From an uncultured Gammaproteobacteria bacterium (lineage in GTDB: Bacteria > Patescibacteriota > Patescibacteriia > UBA9570 > XYC2-FULL-38-9): a stretch of DNA of 64,000 bases. Below, one piece after another: positions 55,910-64,000 of the stretch (position 1 is the stretch's first letter; the number at the start of each line of letters is the position of its first letter). Below the pieces are notes generated by a model. It ran no database searches and was not told where the DNA came from. It saw only the letters and a program-made list of their open reading frames with translations. The stretch is from assembly GCA_964492735.1 (NCBI GenBank), contig CAZBLE010000002.1:64135-128134 (forward strand), in the 5' to 3' direction. A program made the translations under genes and the position numbers.

Positions 55910-56277
55910 TGCCGTTCAATCAGTTTTTTTGTTTCAGGCTTGTAATACAATGCAATAATATTACGTTCAAGAAATTCTTGGAGCACTTGTTTCCCGAGTT
56001 CTGTGAGTGCATATTCTTTACGCGCTGGCCCTTTGTTTCCCGGAACAGTGACATATTCAACAATCCCCGTTTGGTGATATCGTCGCAATGATCTGTAGAG
56101 ACTTTGTTCTTCAATGGTGAGAATTCCAGTGCTTTGTTGTGTGACAAAATCTAAAATAGCTGCCATGTGCTTATTCCCATCTTTTAAGGCAAGAAGAACC
56201 CAGAGCGTGAGTTGTCCTTTTTTAAAGACATCTTCCCAAGCTGCTAATAGATCTTTTTTATAGGCTGTTGTATTCAC
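55906..56277 (-). CDS. PadR-family transcriptional regulator.
   Basis: GQLTLWVLLALKDGNKH...LYRSLRRYHQTGIVEYV...RKEYALTELGKQVLQEFL is a PadR winged helix. Confidence 0.75.
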   Translation of the reverse strand: MNTTAYKKDLLAAWEDVFKKGQLTLWVLLALKDGNKHMAAILDFVTQQSTGILTIEEQSLYRSLRRYHQTGIVEYVTVPGNKGPARKEYALTELGKQVLQEFLERNIIALYYKPETKKLIERH

Positions 56278-56280
56278 GTG

Positions 56281-57144
56281 TTATTGGAATAATGTATTTT
56301 TATGTACGCCATTCATCCGATTCCGACGTTTCAATATCGCCTCAATAAAAAGGATGATTAAAATAAATAGTGGACTGAATGTAGCACTCTCTGTTGGAGT
56401 GGTGTATAGCAGGTTGATGGCAATATCCTTTAATACATAGGCGCCCATTAAGAATATGATTCCAGATATATACGAGTTGATTTTTTTGAAAAAGTGCTGA
56501 TTCGCTGACCATAGCCCTAAGATGCATGCCATGAATGCAAAATCCACACATGCAATCGAGATTGAGAGGCTGATGCCAACAACAATGATTTGAAGGTTCG
56601 CTGCGTCAGAAAGCGGAGGGAGAGGGTATTGCGCTAGGAGTGCGGATGTAGTGATAAGAAAGGTAATGTACGCAAGATTGATTAGTACAAAATGCCAGAG
56701 AGACTGAAGTTGCAATCTTTCCATTGCCCAGTCATAGAGCTTGCGTAATCCTGCTATGTACACGCCGATCCCAGTATATAATCCGACGAAAATCAATGTG
56801 CCCATTGATATAAGGAATAAGAGACTACTGATAATGAGCAGGCCAAAAAAGAGTTCTACTTCTGGAAATACAAGTGATAAAAAACCGAGAATGCACGAAG
56901 CAGCAAGATTTACGACAATGCTGTTCACAGTTGTCCGGGTCCACGATTGTATTTGATTTTGTAGATACACCCACACGCCAGCGCATGCAAGGAGTACTAC
57001 GAATGAACACAGAAACCACTGATCATCTGTTAAAAAAGAAACAGGAGTTTGCTGGCTGCCAACGTAGATGCTGAAGGCCATAACAATAATGGCAACAGCT
57101 TGATATTGACGGAGCAGTCTTTTGGGCTTTCTTGGGAGTTCCAT
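56281..57144 (-). CDS. Polytopic membrane protein, co-transcribed upstream of PadR.
   Basis: About 8 TM helices. The stop is 4 nt from the padR start. Confidence 0.4.
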   Translation of the reverse strand: MELPRKPKRLLRQYQAVAIIVMAFSIYVGSQQTPVSFLTDDQWFLCSFVVLLACAGVWVYLQNQIQSWTRTTVNSIVVNLAASCILGFLSLVFPEVELFFGLLIISSLLFLISMGTLIFVGLYTGIGVYIAGLRKLYDWAMERLQLQSLWHFVLINLAYITFLITTSALLAQYPLPPLSDAANLQIIVVGISLSISIACVDFAFMACILGLWSANQHFFKKINSYISGIIFLMGAYVLKDIAINLLYTTPTESATFSPLFILIILFIEAILKRRNRMNGVHKNTLFQ

Positions 57145-57205
57145 AAAAACAAAATATTAAATACTATTCATCATGTATAGTACCTAATGATTACTATGTC
57201 AAGTC

Positions 57206-57742
57206 TTATACTTCGTTTGGCTCTTCAATCTGCTCTTCAAGGATTTGTTCAATTTTTGAAATATTGACCGGCTCTAACATTTGTTGGAGTTCAGTGTCTT
57301 GTGATAGGTCGATATTATTTTTTTCGGCAAGTCGGACAAGAATTGAAAGGATTTTTGTGATTTCTCGTTCTGTGATCACGTTGATTTGCAGGTCAATTTC
57401 TTCACGAATATCATCGATATTTGCCGATCGATTTTGAGACACTAATACAATAATTGCAAGGATAATTGCTTCCAAGGAAACGACCATTGTGAGAAAGCTA
57501 AATGGGTATTCGTCAAATGGTTTCAGGAAGGGGACAAGGTCAGCATTGATGGCAATCCATACACCAAACCATGAAATATTTAATAATAAAAACACCATAC
57601 TCCCAAATTTGGTTGTGAGTGTGTCGGCAATTTTTTCCGCGAGGTTTCGCTTTGCGTTTGTTTTTGCTTTAAAACTTTTAATGACGAGCGCATCATTTTT
57701 GTGTGTTTTGTGGGCGAGGGGGTGTGTCGATTCTTTGATCAT
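57206..57742 (-). CDS. DUF1003-family membrane protein.
   Basis: KFGSMVF...W...FDEYPFSFLTMVVSLEAIILAIIVLVSQNRSANIDDIREEIDLQIN matches the DUF1003 pattern. I place the start at ATG 57742. Confidence 0.55.
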   Translation of the reverse strand: MIKESTHPLAHKTHKNDALVIKSFKAKTNAKRNLAEKIADTLTTKFGSMVFLLLNISWFGVWIAINADLVPFLKPFDEYPFSFLTMVVSLEAIILAIIVLVSQNRSANIDDIREEIDLQINVITEREITKILSILVRLAEKNNIDLSQDTELQQMLEPVNISKIEQILEEQIEEPNEV

Positions 57743-57805
57743 AAGAGGAATAATAATATGCGTAGTATAGCAAGACAGGATTTTTTTGTATGTAGAGGTA
57801 CAAAA

Positions 57806-57832
57806 AACCCCTCGCGAGTGGAGGGGTTTGTA
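57806..57832 (-). terminator. Intrinsic terminator.
   Basis: AAAAAACCCCTCGCGAGTGGAGGGGTTTGTA, with stem CCCCTC/GAGGGG. Confidence 0.6.
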
Positions 57833-57851
57833 TGTGCTGTAGAATGATCTG

Positions 57852-58280
57852 TTATGCTTGTTTTTTGTAGACGAAGAATGTTGCAACAGAACTAATGAAG
57901 CTCACGACCCAAGCGAGCCATGCAACGTAATATCCCATTTCCATTTTTGTGATTCCAAGAGTTTCAGCTGATGCACTGCCTGAAACATTTGCAGATGCCA
58001 TTGGAACTAATACAACAACTAAGAGGAGGATGCTTAAAATTGCCATCATCTTTTTTGCTTTCCATGCAGCGAATGCAGAAACAAGTAGAAGAATCACACC
58101 GATTGCGATCACAAATGTTTGCTTTGGTTTCACTGCGTCTTCAATTGTTGCTTTTGCAAAACTTGCAAGACTGCCTTCTGGAACAACGATCCAAGTCATG
58201 AGACCGGCAACAATAAATAAAATACTTCCGATGTAGTTTGCGATTGCAACGGGGTGCAATAGGTATGATTTATTTTCCAT
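57852..58280 (-). CDS. Hypothetical small membrane protein (4 TM).
   Basis: Hydrophobic throughout. No known domain. Confidence 0.35.
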   Translation of the reverse strand: MENKSYLLHPVAIANYIGSILFIVAGLMTWIVVPEGSLASFAKATIEDAVKPKQTFVIAIGVILLLVSAFAAWKAKKMMAILSILLLVVVLVPMASANVSGSASAETLGITKMEMGYYVAWLAWVVSFISSVATFFVYKKQA

Positions 58281-58432
58281 AAGAAAATGATATATTGATT
58301 AATACCTCAAAGAATAGCAGATATGGGATTTTTCTGAAAGTGAAATGGTGTGTAGAAACAACAAAACCTCGGTCTGCATACAGCGAGCTGTAGCGTTCCG
58401 AGGATTTTCTCCTCTTGAGAGCACCGGTCGGA

Positions 58433-58705
58433 TCAGGACCGGCTCAATCGCCTCACGGCGATGATGCGCACGGCGTTCCGTGCGGCTCGGAGGGCGGCGA
58501 CGGTCTGATTGACCTCGCCGTCACCCCAGGGAAGGAGGCTAATGCCAATGGCACCGGCCTCACAGGTGCAAAGCGTGGCCAGAAGGCCGGCCACGCCACC
58601 GTTGTCGGGACAGGACGCCCAGAGCGCGAGGGCGCTCAGGACGGCCATCGTACAGAGGTTCCGGAGCCGCAGGAGCGGGTCCGGAGGACACAACCACTTC
58701 ATCAT
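58433..58705 (-). CDS. Hypothetical 90-aa Cys-containing small membrane protein encoded in a GC-rich islet.
   Basis: AGGAGGA lies 4 nt upstream of ATG 58705. The sequence is MMKWLCPPDPLLRLRNLCTMAVLSALALWASCPDNGGVAGLLATLCTCEAGAIGISLLPWGDGEVNQTVAALRAARNAVRIIAVRRLSRS. Confidence 0.4.
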   Translation of the reverse strand: MMKWLCPPDPLLRLRNLCTMAVLSALALWASCPDNGGVAGLLATLCTCEAGAIGISLLPWGDGEVNQTVAALRAARNAVRIIAVRRLSRS

Positions 58706-58896
58706 GGCGTCCTCCTCTTGCACTGCCAGGCGGCAGCGCCAGTGCCGAGGGATTCGGCAACTGCAGACTGCTGAGGACTCCATCCATCAGACTGCAATTT
58801 CCGATCCAGCATGCCATTAAGGGGCGTGTATATTGCACACCTTATACGCGAATATTCAGTATTTGTCTAGTACCCCTTGTGGAGAGCTCTGCCGAT

Positions 58897-59178
58897 TTAT
58901 TCAGTTCGTTGTATCAGTGTTATTGTTCCATTATCACTAATGAAATTATCAAGCACAGGAATATCGGCGGCAGATCGAATTGTCCAGTTTAAGAAGGTGA
59001 TAAGAAGAGCGGCGATAATTGATGCGCCGACTGCATATCCAGCACCTTTTCCAATTGAAATAACAACATTCCATTTAAACGAAATTTGCTTTTCAATTTT
59101 TTTGTCGAGTTCATGAATTCGCTGAGAGAGCTGCTGTAGTTCATGTTCGAGTTCTTGTTCTTTTTTTATTTGTACCAT
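58897..59178 (-). CDS. Small coiled-coil plus TM hypothetical protein.
   Basis: MVQIKKEQELEHELQQLSQRIHELDKKIEKQ, then a TM helix. Native AT-rich codon usage. Confidence 0.35.
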   Translation of the reverse strand: MVQIKKEQELEHELQQLSQRIHELDKKIEKQISFKWNVVISIGKGAGYAVGASIIAALLITFLNWTIRSAADIPVLDNFISDNGTITLIQRTE

Positions 59179-59328
59179 ACGGAAAGTATAGAACAATTTG
59201 TATCAAATAGACAAAGTGCGGAGTGGTCAGTTCCGCCTGCGATTCGACTTCGGGGTGTTGTGTGAAGTGAGTCGCTTTTTTGACCGGTGGTGGTTGGCAC
59301 GGTGACGGCAGACTCCAGTACCCTAGGT

Positions 59329-59982
59329 TCAGCCGTTGAGACCGTGCACCGTGCGGAACGCCGGAAGAGTGCACAGGTGCTCGTACACTCCCCAGATCTT
59401 CGGCCACTTCTCCGAGACGGGGAGGCTGAAGCGGCTGATCGCCGCCCAGACCTCGGTGCCGAGGGTGATGTCGGCGAGCGTCAAGCGCTCGCCAACGCAG
59501 AAGTCTGGGTCGCTCTGGTGGAGCTTGAGCATCCTCTCGAGGGCGTCGAAGGCACGCCCTACCCAGAAGATCGACCAGCCGTTGGTCTCGGCCCTGCTGG
59601 TGTAGTGAGCTTCCTGCATCAGCCGCAGGAGCGGCTGGCGGTTGCCGAGCGGCCTCAGGTCCGAGTCCAGGAGCCGCATGATCTCCCGAACCCGGAAGCG
59701 CTCGAGTGTGCCTTCGCCCAGCAGCTGTGCCTTAGGACACAGCTCGGCGAAGTACTCCATGATTGCCCCACTTTGAGTGAGGACATCCTCCACCTTGCCG
59801 TGACCCGTCAGGTCGAGGGCAGGGACACGCTGGTTCGGGTTAATCGCCGTGAAGGCGCTCCCGAACTGCTCTTCTGCGGCCAGGTTGACTTCGATCAGTG
59901 TGTAGTTGATTCTGAGGAGGGCAAGGACGACGCGCACGGGCTTTGGGCCCCGTGCCGCTTCGCATGAATAGAGTTTCATCAT
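59329..59982 (-). CDS. Glutathione S-transferase (zeta/maleylacetoacetate-isomerase-like). GC-rich.
   Basis: GGAGG lies 6 nt upstream of the ATG. KLYSCEAARGPKPVRVVLAL...NPNQRVPAL...QSGAIMEYF gives the N-terminal thioredoxin-like GST domain plus a C-terminal helical domain. Confidence 0.7.
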   Translation of the reverse strand: MMKLYSCEAARGPKPVRVVLALLRINYTLIEVNLAAEEQFGSAFTAINPNQRVPALDLTGHGKVEDVLTQSGAIMEYFAELCPKAQLLGEGTLERFRVREIMRLLDSDLRPLGNRQPLLRLMQEAHYTSRAETNGWSIFWVGRAFDALERMLKLHQSDPDFCVGERLTLADITLGTEVWAAISRFSLPVSEKWPKIWGVYEHLCTLPAFRTVHGLNG

Positions 59983-60099
59983 GCACAACCTCCATGGTTG
60001 AGTGCAGAATTACCCTAAGCCGTCTCAGATATTTGGTCAACTGATGTATACGGAGTTTTTTAGCAAGCCGAGCGCACTATATGTGCTATACTATTTTTT

Positions 60100-61209
60100 A
60101 TGAAACGATTTTTTTTATTCTCCACTCTCATCATCGGCAGCATGCTCTGCATCGCTCAGCCAGCGCAGGCTGCATCGGGAATTACGTATGGGCCATATAT
60201 TCAGCGAGTCACAATGAAAGCAGCAACAATTTTAATTGAAACAGATGCCAGTGAAGCAGTTACACTTCACTATCGTGAGCTAGGCACACAGTGGCGAACC
60301 ATGTCTGATGCACAACCAAAAAATAGACATCGGTATCGATTAACTGGCCTCAAACCAAATACAACATATGAGTATGTTTTATTGCGAGGTAATACACCAA
60401 TCACACAAGAATATGCCTTTACAACACTGCATACTATTACGAATGACGACCCATTAAAAATCGCGGTCGTTGGTGATTCAGGTGAAATCAATAAAGATAC
60501 ATTGCGTGTCGTTTCTCAAATGCAACAATGGAAACCAGAGATGATTTTACATACAGGAGATATTGCATACACAGAAGGCACGCTTCCTGAATTTATTTCT
60601 GGATTTTTTAAACCATACCAACCATTGATTGCGACAACGCCACTCTATGCTGCAATGGGAAATCATGAATTTAGAACAGGACAAGGGAGTGTGTACAAAG
60701 AAGTCCTTGAAATGCCAACATCAAAAAGTGGTGGGGAAGACTATTATTCCTTCAATGTTGATTCGGTGCACATCGTGTCGCTCAATACGAACTTGGATTA
60801 TTCGGTTGGGAGTAAACAGAATGCATGGCTTCAGCAGGACCTCGCGAAGTCAAAAGAGAAATGGAAAATTGTGATATTTCACCACCCGCCCTTTAGTTCT
60901 GGAGAACATGGCGGAGACACGTTGATTGCAGCAGCGCTCGCTCCGATTTTTGAAACCAATGGGGTTGATCTTGTTTTGAATGGGCATGATCACGATTATG
61001 AACGTAACCAAGAAATCAGTGGAGTGGACTATATTGTTACTGGCGGTGGAGGAAGAGCGACATATGCAAAAGAGTCTAACAACCCATATTCAAAAGTGTT
61101 TGTTTCTGAAAATCATTTTGTTGGCCTGAAGGTCTATCCACATAAAATTTCACTTCGCGCCATTGATAAGCGTGGATATGAAATTGATGCGTACACGATT
61201 AAAGAATAG
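60100..61209 (+). CDS. Secreted purple-acid-phosphatase-like metallophosphoesterase with an N-terminal FN3-like domain.
   Basis: A signal peptide and the motifs GDSG, GDIAY, GNHEF, FHHPP and GHDHDYER. Confidence 0.8.
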   Translation: MKRFFLFSTLIIGSMLCIAQPAQAASGITYGPYIQRVTMKAATILIETDASEAVTLHYRELGTQWRTMSDAQPKNRHRYRLTGLKPNTTYEYVLLRGNTPITQEYAFTTLHTITNDDPLKIAVVGDSGEINKDTLRVVSQMQQWKPEMILHTGDIAYTEGTLPEFISGFFKPYQPLIATTPLYAAMGNHEFRTGQGSVYKEVLEMPTSKSGGEDYYSFNVDSVHIVSLNTNLDYSVGSKQNAWLQQDLAKSKEKWKIVIFHHPPFSSGEHGGDTLIAAALAPIFETNGVDLVLNGHDHDYERNQEISGVDYIVTGGGGRATYAKESNNPYSKVFVSENHFVGLKVYPHKISLRAIDKRGYEIDAYTIKE

Positions 61210-62293
61210 CCGGCCCTGTTACCTCACTCATAATCTGAAGTTGTTTTACAATAATACGCATGAGCTGTTTTGCTCGACGTTCGTCTTCTGGATTTGACCA
61301 CGTAAGGCCTGGACTCGCATTGCCTTCTACAAGATAGAGGTTGCCATTTTCACTCCGCATAAAATCTAAGGTGTACATACCATTTTTTAGGTGTGCCGTT
61401 TTTTGAATTTGGGCAATCATTTTGACGACTTGTTCTGGGATGTCATCTGTCGCGATGTAATCAATCGCACCGCCTTGTTTTGCGTTGGCTCGAAAGTCAC
61501 CTTTTTTTGCAGTTCGAATAAAACTTTGCAAAATTTGTTTGTCGCCGATAATCACCCGTAAATCTGCTTTGCCATTTTTCCGCCCAGTATCAAAATTACT
61601 CGCGTGAATAAACGGTTGTAATAAAAATTGGACATCATCAACGCCGGTTGGAATTTTTTTAAATGCAGCGTCTGTGTGAATTTTGTAAATATGATCACCG
61701 CCACCGCCAAAGACATCTTTTAAAATAAGCTCTTTTGTAAAGTCTTCAATGTGCGCATGAGTGTCGATTTGTTTTTTGAGTGCGCGCTTAGCAGTGTTCA
61801 TGGTTTTGAGTGAACCAAGATTGATTGCAACAGTTGGAAGCATGTATTGAGAAAGCGCGGCGTAGGTTGTGAGTTTGTTATCAAATAACATCCGCGTATC
61901 ATGATTGTGATACAGCGCAATGGACTGAGAGTCACCAAGTAATTGTTTCATTGCAGCGTCATTGGTGTGAGCGATGTTGGAGAACTTGTCGAACACAACA
62001 GCAGTCGTCGCAGAGTGTGTTACGCGGTTCCACTGAGTGGTATATGTCCAATAGGAAGACACTGTTCCGGTCCCACTAATGTCAGCGACAGTCGCAAAGC
62101 CAGCGGAAAGTCCGAGTCGTTTTGCATACTTTAAGAGATAAGCGTAACTGCGATTGCAGCTCGCTGCCGCGCCTCTGCCAGCAAATGGTGAAATGCCAGT
62201 ATAGCTATTATTTGCGGCACTTTGTGCATCTTTATTGCTGTAAATAACAAGAAAATCGCGTTGTGTTGGACTCGTTTCAATAAGTGTATTCAT
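61199..62293 (-). CDS. ATP-grasp family protein (RimK/glutathione-synthetase-like ligase fold).
   Basis: ILKDVFGGGGDHIYKIH (ATP-binding loop), LQPFI, and the C-terminal LYLVEGNASPGL Mg/ATP-site motif. Confidence 0.55.
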   Translation of the reverse strand: MNTLIETSPTQRDFLVIYSNKDAQSAANNSYTGISPFAGRGAAASCNRSYAYLLKYAKRLGLSAGFATVADISGTGTVSSYWTYTTQWNRVTHSATTAVVFDKFSNIAHTNDAAMKQLLGDSQSIALYHNHDTRMLFDNKLTTYAALSQYMLPTVAINLGSLKTMNTAKRALKKQIDTHAHIEDFTKELILKDVFGGGGDHIYKIHTDAAFKKIPTGVDDVQFLLQPFIHASNFDTGRKNGKADLRVIIGDKQILQSFIRTAKKGDFRANAKQGGAIDYIATDDIPEQVVKMIAQIQKTAHLKNGMYTLDFMRSENGNLYLVEGNASPGLTWSNPEDERRAKQLMRIIVKQLQIMSEVTGPAIL

Positions 62294-62378
62294 TCATAGA
62301 GACCCTACCATGCTGACCCTAAAGTAGATAGGGCAGCACGAATATGCTAGGATGGACCTCTATTATTATTGAGTATGT

Positions 62379-62714
62379 ATGGTTACAACAAATACAGGAT
62401 TACAATATGAAGATGTCACAGTAGGTGACGGAGCAGAAGCGACAAAAGGCGCAATGGTATCAGTGCATTACACTGGAACATTGGAAGACGGAACGCAATT
62501 TGACAGTTCACGTTCACGTGGACCATTTGAGTTCGCGCTTGGCGGCGGCATGGTAATCGCTGGGTGGGATGAAGGTGTCCAAGGAATGAAAGTTGGCGGA
62601 ACACGAACATTGGTGATCCCATCAGACTTAGCATATGGTCCAATGGGAATTCCAGGTGCGATTCCAGGTGGCGCAACATTGCATTTTGATGTTGAATTGC
62701 TCGCAGTGAAATAA
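62379..62714 (+). CDS. FKBP-type peptidyl-prolyl cis-trans isomerase.
   Basis: GLQYEDVTVGDGAEATKGAMVSVHYTGTLEDGTQFDSS...GWDEGVQGMKVGGTRTLVIPSDLAYG is the canonical FKBP domain. Confidence 0.9.
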   Translation: MVTTNTGLQYEDVTVGDGAEATKGAMVSVHYTGTLEDGTQFDSSRSRGPFEFALGGGMVIAGWDEGVQGMKVGGTRTLVIPSDLAYGPMGIPGAIPGGATLHFDVELLAVK

Positions 62715-62730
62715 CGGCAAGAGGATTATA

Positions 62731-62761
62731 AAAAAGGTGGCGTGTGAGCCGCCTTTTTTTT
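62731..62761 (+). terminator. Intrinsic terminator after the FKBP gene.
   Basis: AAAAAGGTGGCGTGTGAGCCGCCTTTTTTTT. Confidence 0.7.
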
Positions 62762-62824
62762 GTAGTCATATACTACTGACATATGATAGACTAAATACAA
62801 TCTTTCAAATTCAAATATATCTTT

Positions 62825-64000
62825 ATGCTGAAAATATTTTATGCTAGTGCGCTGTCGTTGCTGTTATTCCTGGTAGTAGGGTTTACTCCGGCAATTGCGC
62901 ATGCAGAGAGTTATACGGTAACAACACTTGATGACGAACTAGATGGTTCACCAGTGTGTACAACAGGCAGTTCAACCGATTGTTCCTTGCGCGAAGCAGT
63001 CACTGCTGCGAATAGTGGGGGAGAAGATACGATTGTCATACCAGCGAATACCTATCAAATTACTCGCACTGGGGCTGGAGAAGATAGCGGTAGTACTGGT
63101 GATTTTGATCTTACAGATACGGATAGGACAACGATTACAGGCGCTGACATGTCGACAACAATTATTGATCAGGATGATGTGAGTCCTGTTGATCGCGCGT
63201 TTCATATTACAACAGGTGCAGTAGTGACGATGTCAGGCCTCACAGTGAACGATAGTAAGGTAACAAGTGAAAATGGAGGCGGTATATTAAATGAAGGATC
63301 GCTTACAATGTCATATGTGACTGTCCAAAATAGTGCTCTTAATAATCCAAGTGGAATTATTGCCCAGTACGGAGCGGGTATTTATTGCGGAGCAGGTGAT
63401 ATGACATTGACAAATGTTGTGGTGAGTGGAAACGCATCGGCTGATCCAGCAACCCAAGCAGTATTTGGTGGTGGGATTGGAGTTTCAGGAGATTGTAATT
63501 CTGATATCAGTCGTACGACAATTTCTGGTAATTCAGCCGGGACTGGTGGTGGTGTATTTATTGATACAAATACCACAACAACAAACACACTGACTGACGT
63601 TGAATTTACAAACAATACAGCCGCTTCAGACGCGGGTGGTGGTCTTGCTGGTTCTGGACCGGAAGGGAATAATCCAATTGTGATGAATCGGGTGACGTTT
63701 ATTGAAAATACCGCGATTTCTGGTGGTGGTATTTTTACCAGCACTCCGATGCAGATTACAAATGGTACGTTTTACAACAATACAGCGTCTGACACAGGCG
63801 GCGCGATGAATGCAAACGCAGGAGATACTCCAGCAATCACTATTGCATTTTCAACTTTTACGAATAATAATGCGAGCATTGCGGCAGGTATCTACAGCGG
63901 CGGCGCAAGTAACGTAGTGTTGAAAAATAACATTATTGCATCCAATTTTGTTGCGCCAATGCCAGCGCCTTTTTACGAAGATTGCCAAGGAAATTTTACG
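62825..64000 (+). CDS. Secreted parallel beta-helix repeat protein with an N-terminal CSLREA motif. 3'-truncated by the window edge.
   Basis: ATG 62825. Signal peptide MLKIFYASALSLLLFLVVGFTPAIAHA. The sequence ...DCSLREAVTAANSGGEDTIVIPANTYQI... followed by Gly/Asn/Thr-rich repeats (NNTAASDAGGG..., ISGGGIF...) is typical of right-handed beta-helix adhesin/lyase-like proteins. I checked the frame at two points. The ORF track omits it because it has no stop in the window. Confidence 0.55.
   Translation, partial: MLKIFYASALSLLLFLVVGFTPAIAHAESYTVTTLDDELDGSPVCTTGSSTDCSLREAVTAANSGGEDTIVIPANTYQITRTGAGEDSGSTGDFDLTDTDRTTITGADMSTTIIDQDDVSPVDRAFHITTGAVVTMSGLTVNDSKVTSENGGGILNEGSLTMSYVTVQNSALNNPSGIIAQYGAGIYCGAGDMTLTNVVVSGNASADPATQAVFGGGIGVSGDCNSDISRTTISGNSAGTGGGVFIDTNTTTTNTLTDVEFTNNTAASDAGGGLAGSGPEGNNPIVMNRVTFIENTAISGGGIFTSTPMQITNGTFYNNTASDTGGAMNANAGDTPAITIAFSTFTNNNASIAAGIYSGGASNVVLKNNIIASNFVAPMPAPFYEDCQGNFT

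Noticed and set aside
1-64000. An alternative genetic code (UGA recoding, as in Gracilibacteria/Absconditabacteria).
   Set aside because: Long conserved genes (valS, atpA/B, pilB, ruvB) are intact ORFs under the standard code with TGA used as a stop. There is no need for recoding.
1-64000. CRISPR arrays, rRNA genes, transposases or integrases, and restriction-modification genes.
   Set aside because: No direct-repeat/spacer periodicity was seen, and no ORF resembles Cas, a transposase, a tyrosine or serine recombinase, or a DNA methyltransferase.

Overview
This 64 kb window is an AT-rich (~40% GC by eye) bacterial chromosomal segment that uses the standard genetic code and has long 5' leaders. 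Many native starts show no obvious Shine-Dalgarno (SD). This resembles a small-genome, Patescibacteria/CPR-like organism, but that is inference.

The core content, left to right:
- a partial secreted repeat surface protein, rplS with an acidic N-terminal extension, and tRNA-Leu(GAG) and tRNA-Val(UAC);
- three tandem TrkH/KtrB-family K+ transporter paralogs, the third of which has strikingly high GC;
- an eIF-2B-like protein and an ArsB/NhaD-type permease;
- a complete archaeal-order A/V-type ATPase operon (H-I-K-E-C-F-A-B-D) whose 16-kDa K proteolipid carries an Enterococcus-hirae-NtpK-like Na+-binding signature;
- queA, ruvB, a VanW-domain protein, an Hsp20, tRNA-Glu, tsaD, a DsbA-like protein, a BlaI/CopY-like repressor, valS, and pilB;
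- a DHH phosphoesterase, yidC, an SPFH protein, an M23 peptidase fused to FG-GAP repeats, and tRNA-Met;
- a znuA-zur metal-uptake module, a class II photolyase, a PadR regulator, a purple-acid phosphatase, an ATP-grasp protein, an FKBP, and a partial CSLREA/beta-helix secreted protein.

No CRISPR array, rRNA, transposase or integrase was found.

The most interesting signals:
1. A Na+/K+ homeostasis module (three TrkH paralogs, an NhaD-like permease and an NtpK-type Na+ V-ATPase) that resembles the E. hirae ntp operon with its KtrB-like ntpJ.
2. A conserved hairpin motif shared by the 5' leaders of two trkH paralogs.
3. An identical promoter-embedded palindrome (GCAACTnAGTTGC, set between a TTGCAA -35 and the -10) upstream of both znuA and a His-rich secreted protein. 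This suggests a metal-responsive regulon.
4. At least seven GC-rich (~60%) islets embedded in the AT-rich backbone. Most carry small genes with strong AGGAGG-type SDs and their own terminators. One sits next to tRNA-Glu and encodes a 31-codon hydrophobic peptide. Together these suggest mosaic horizontal acquisition, or a chimeric assembly.
5. A promoter- and terminator-bounded structured ncRNA candidate of about 175 nt upstream of a secreted-protein gene.
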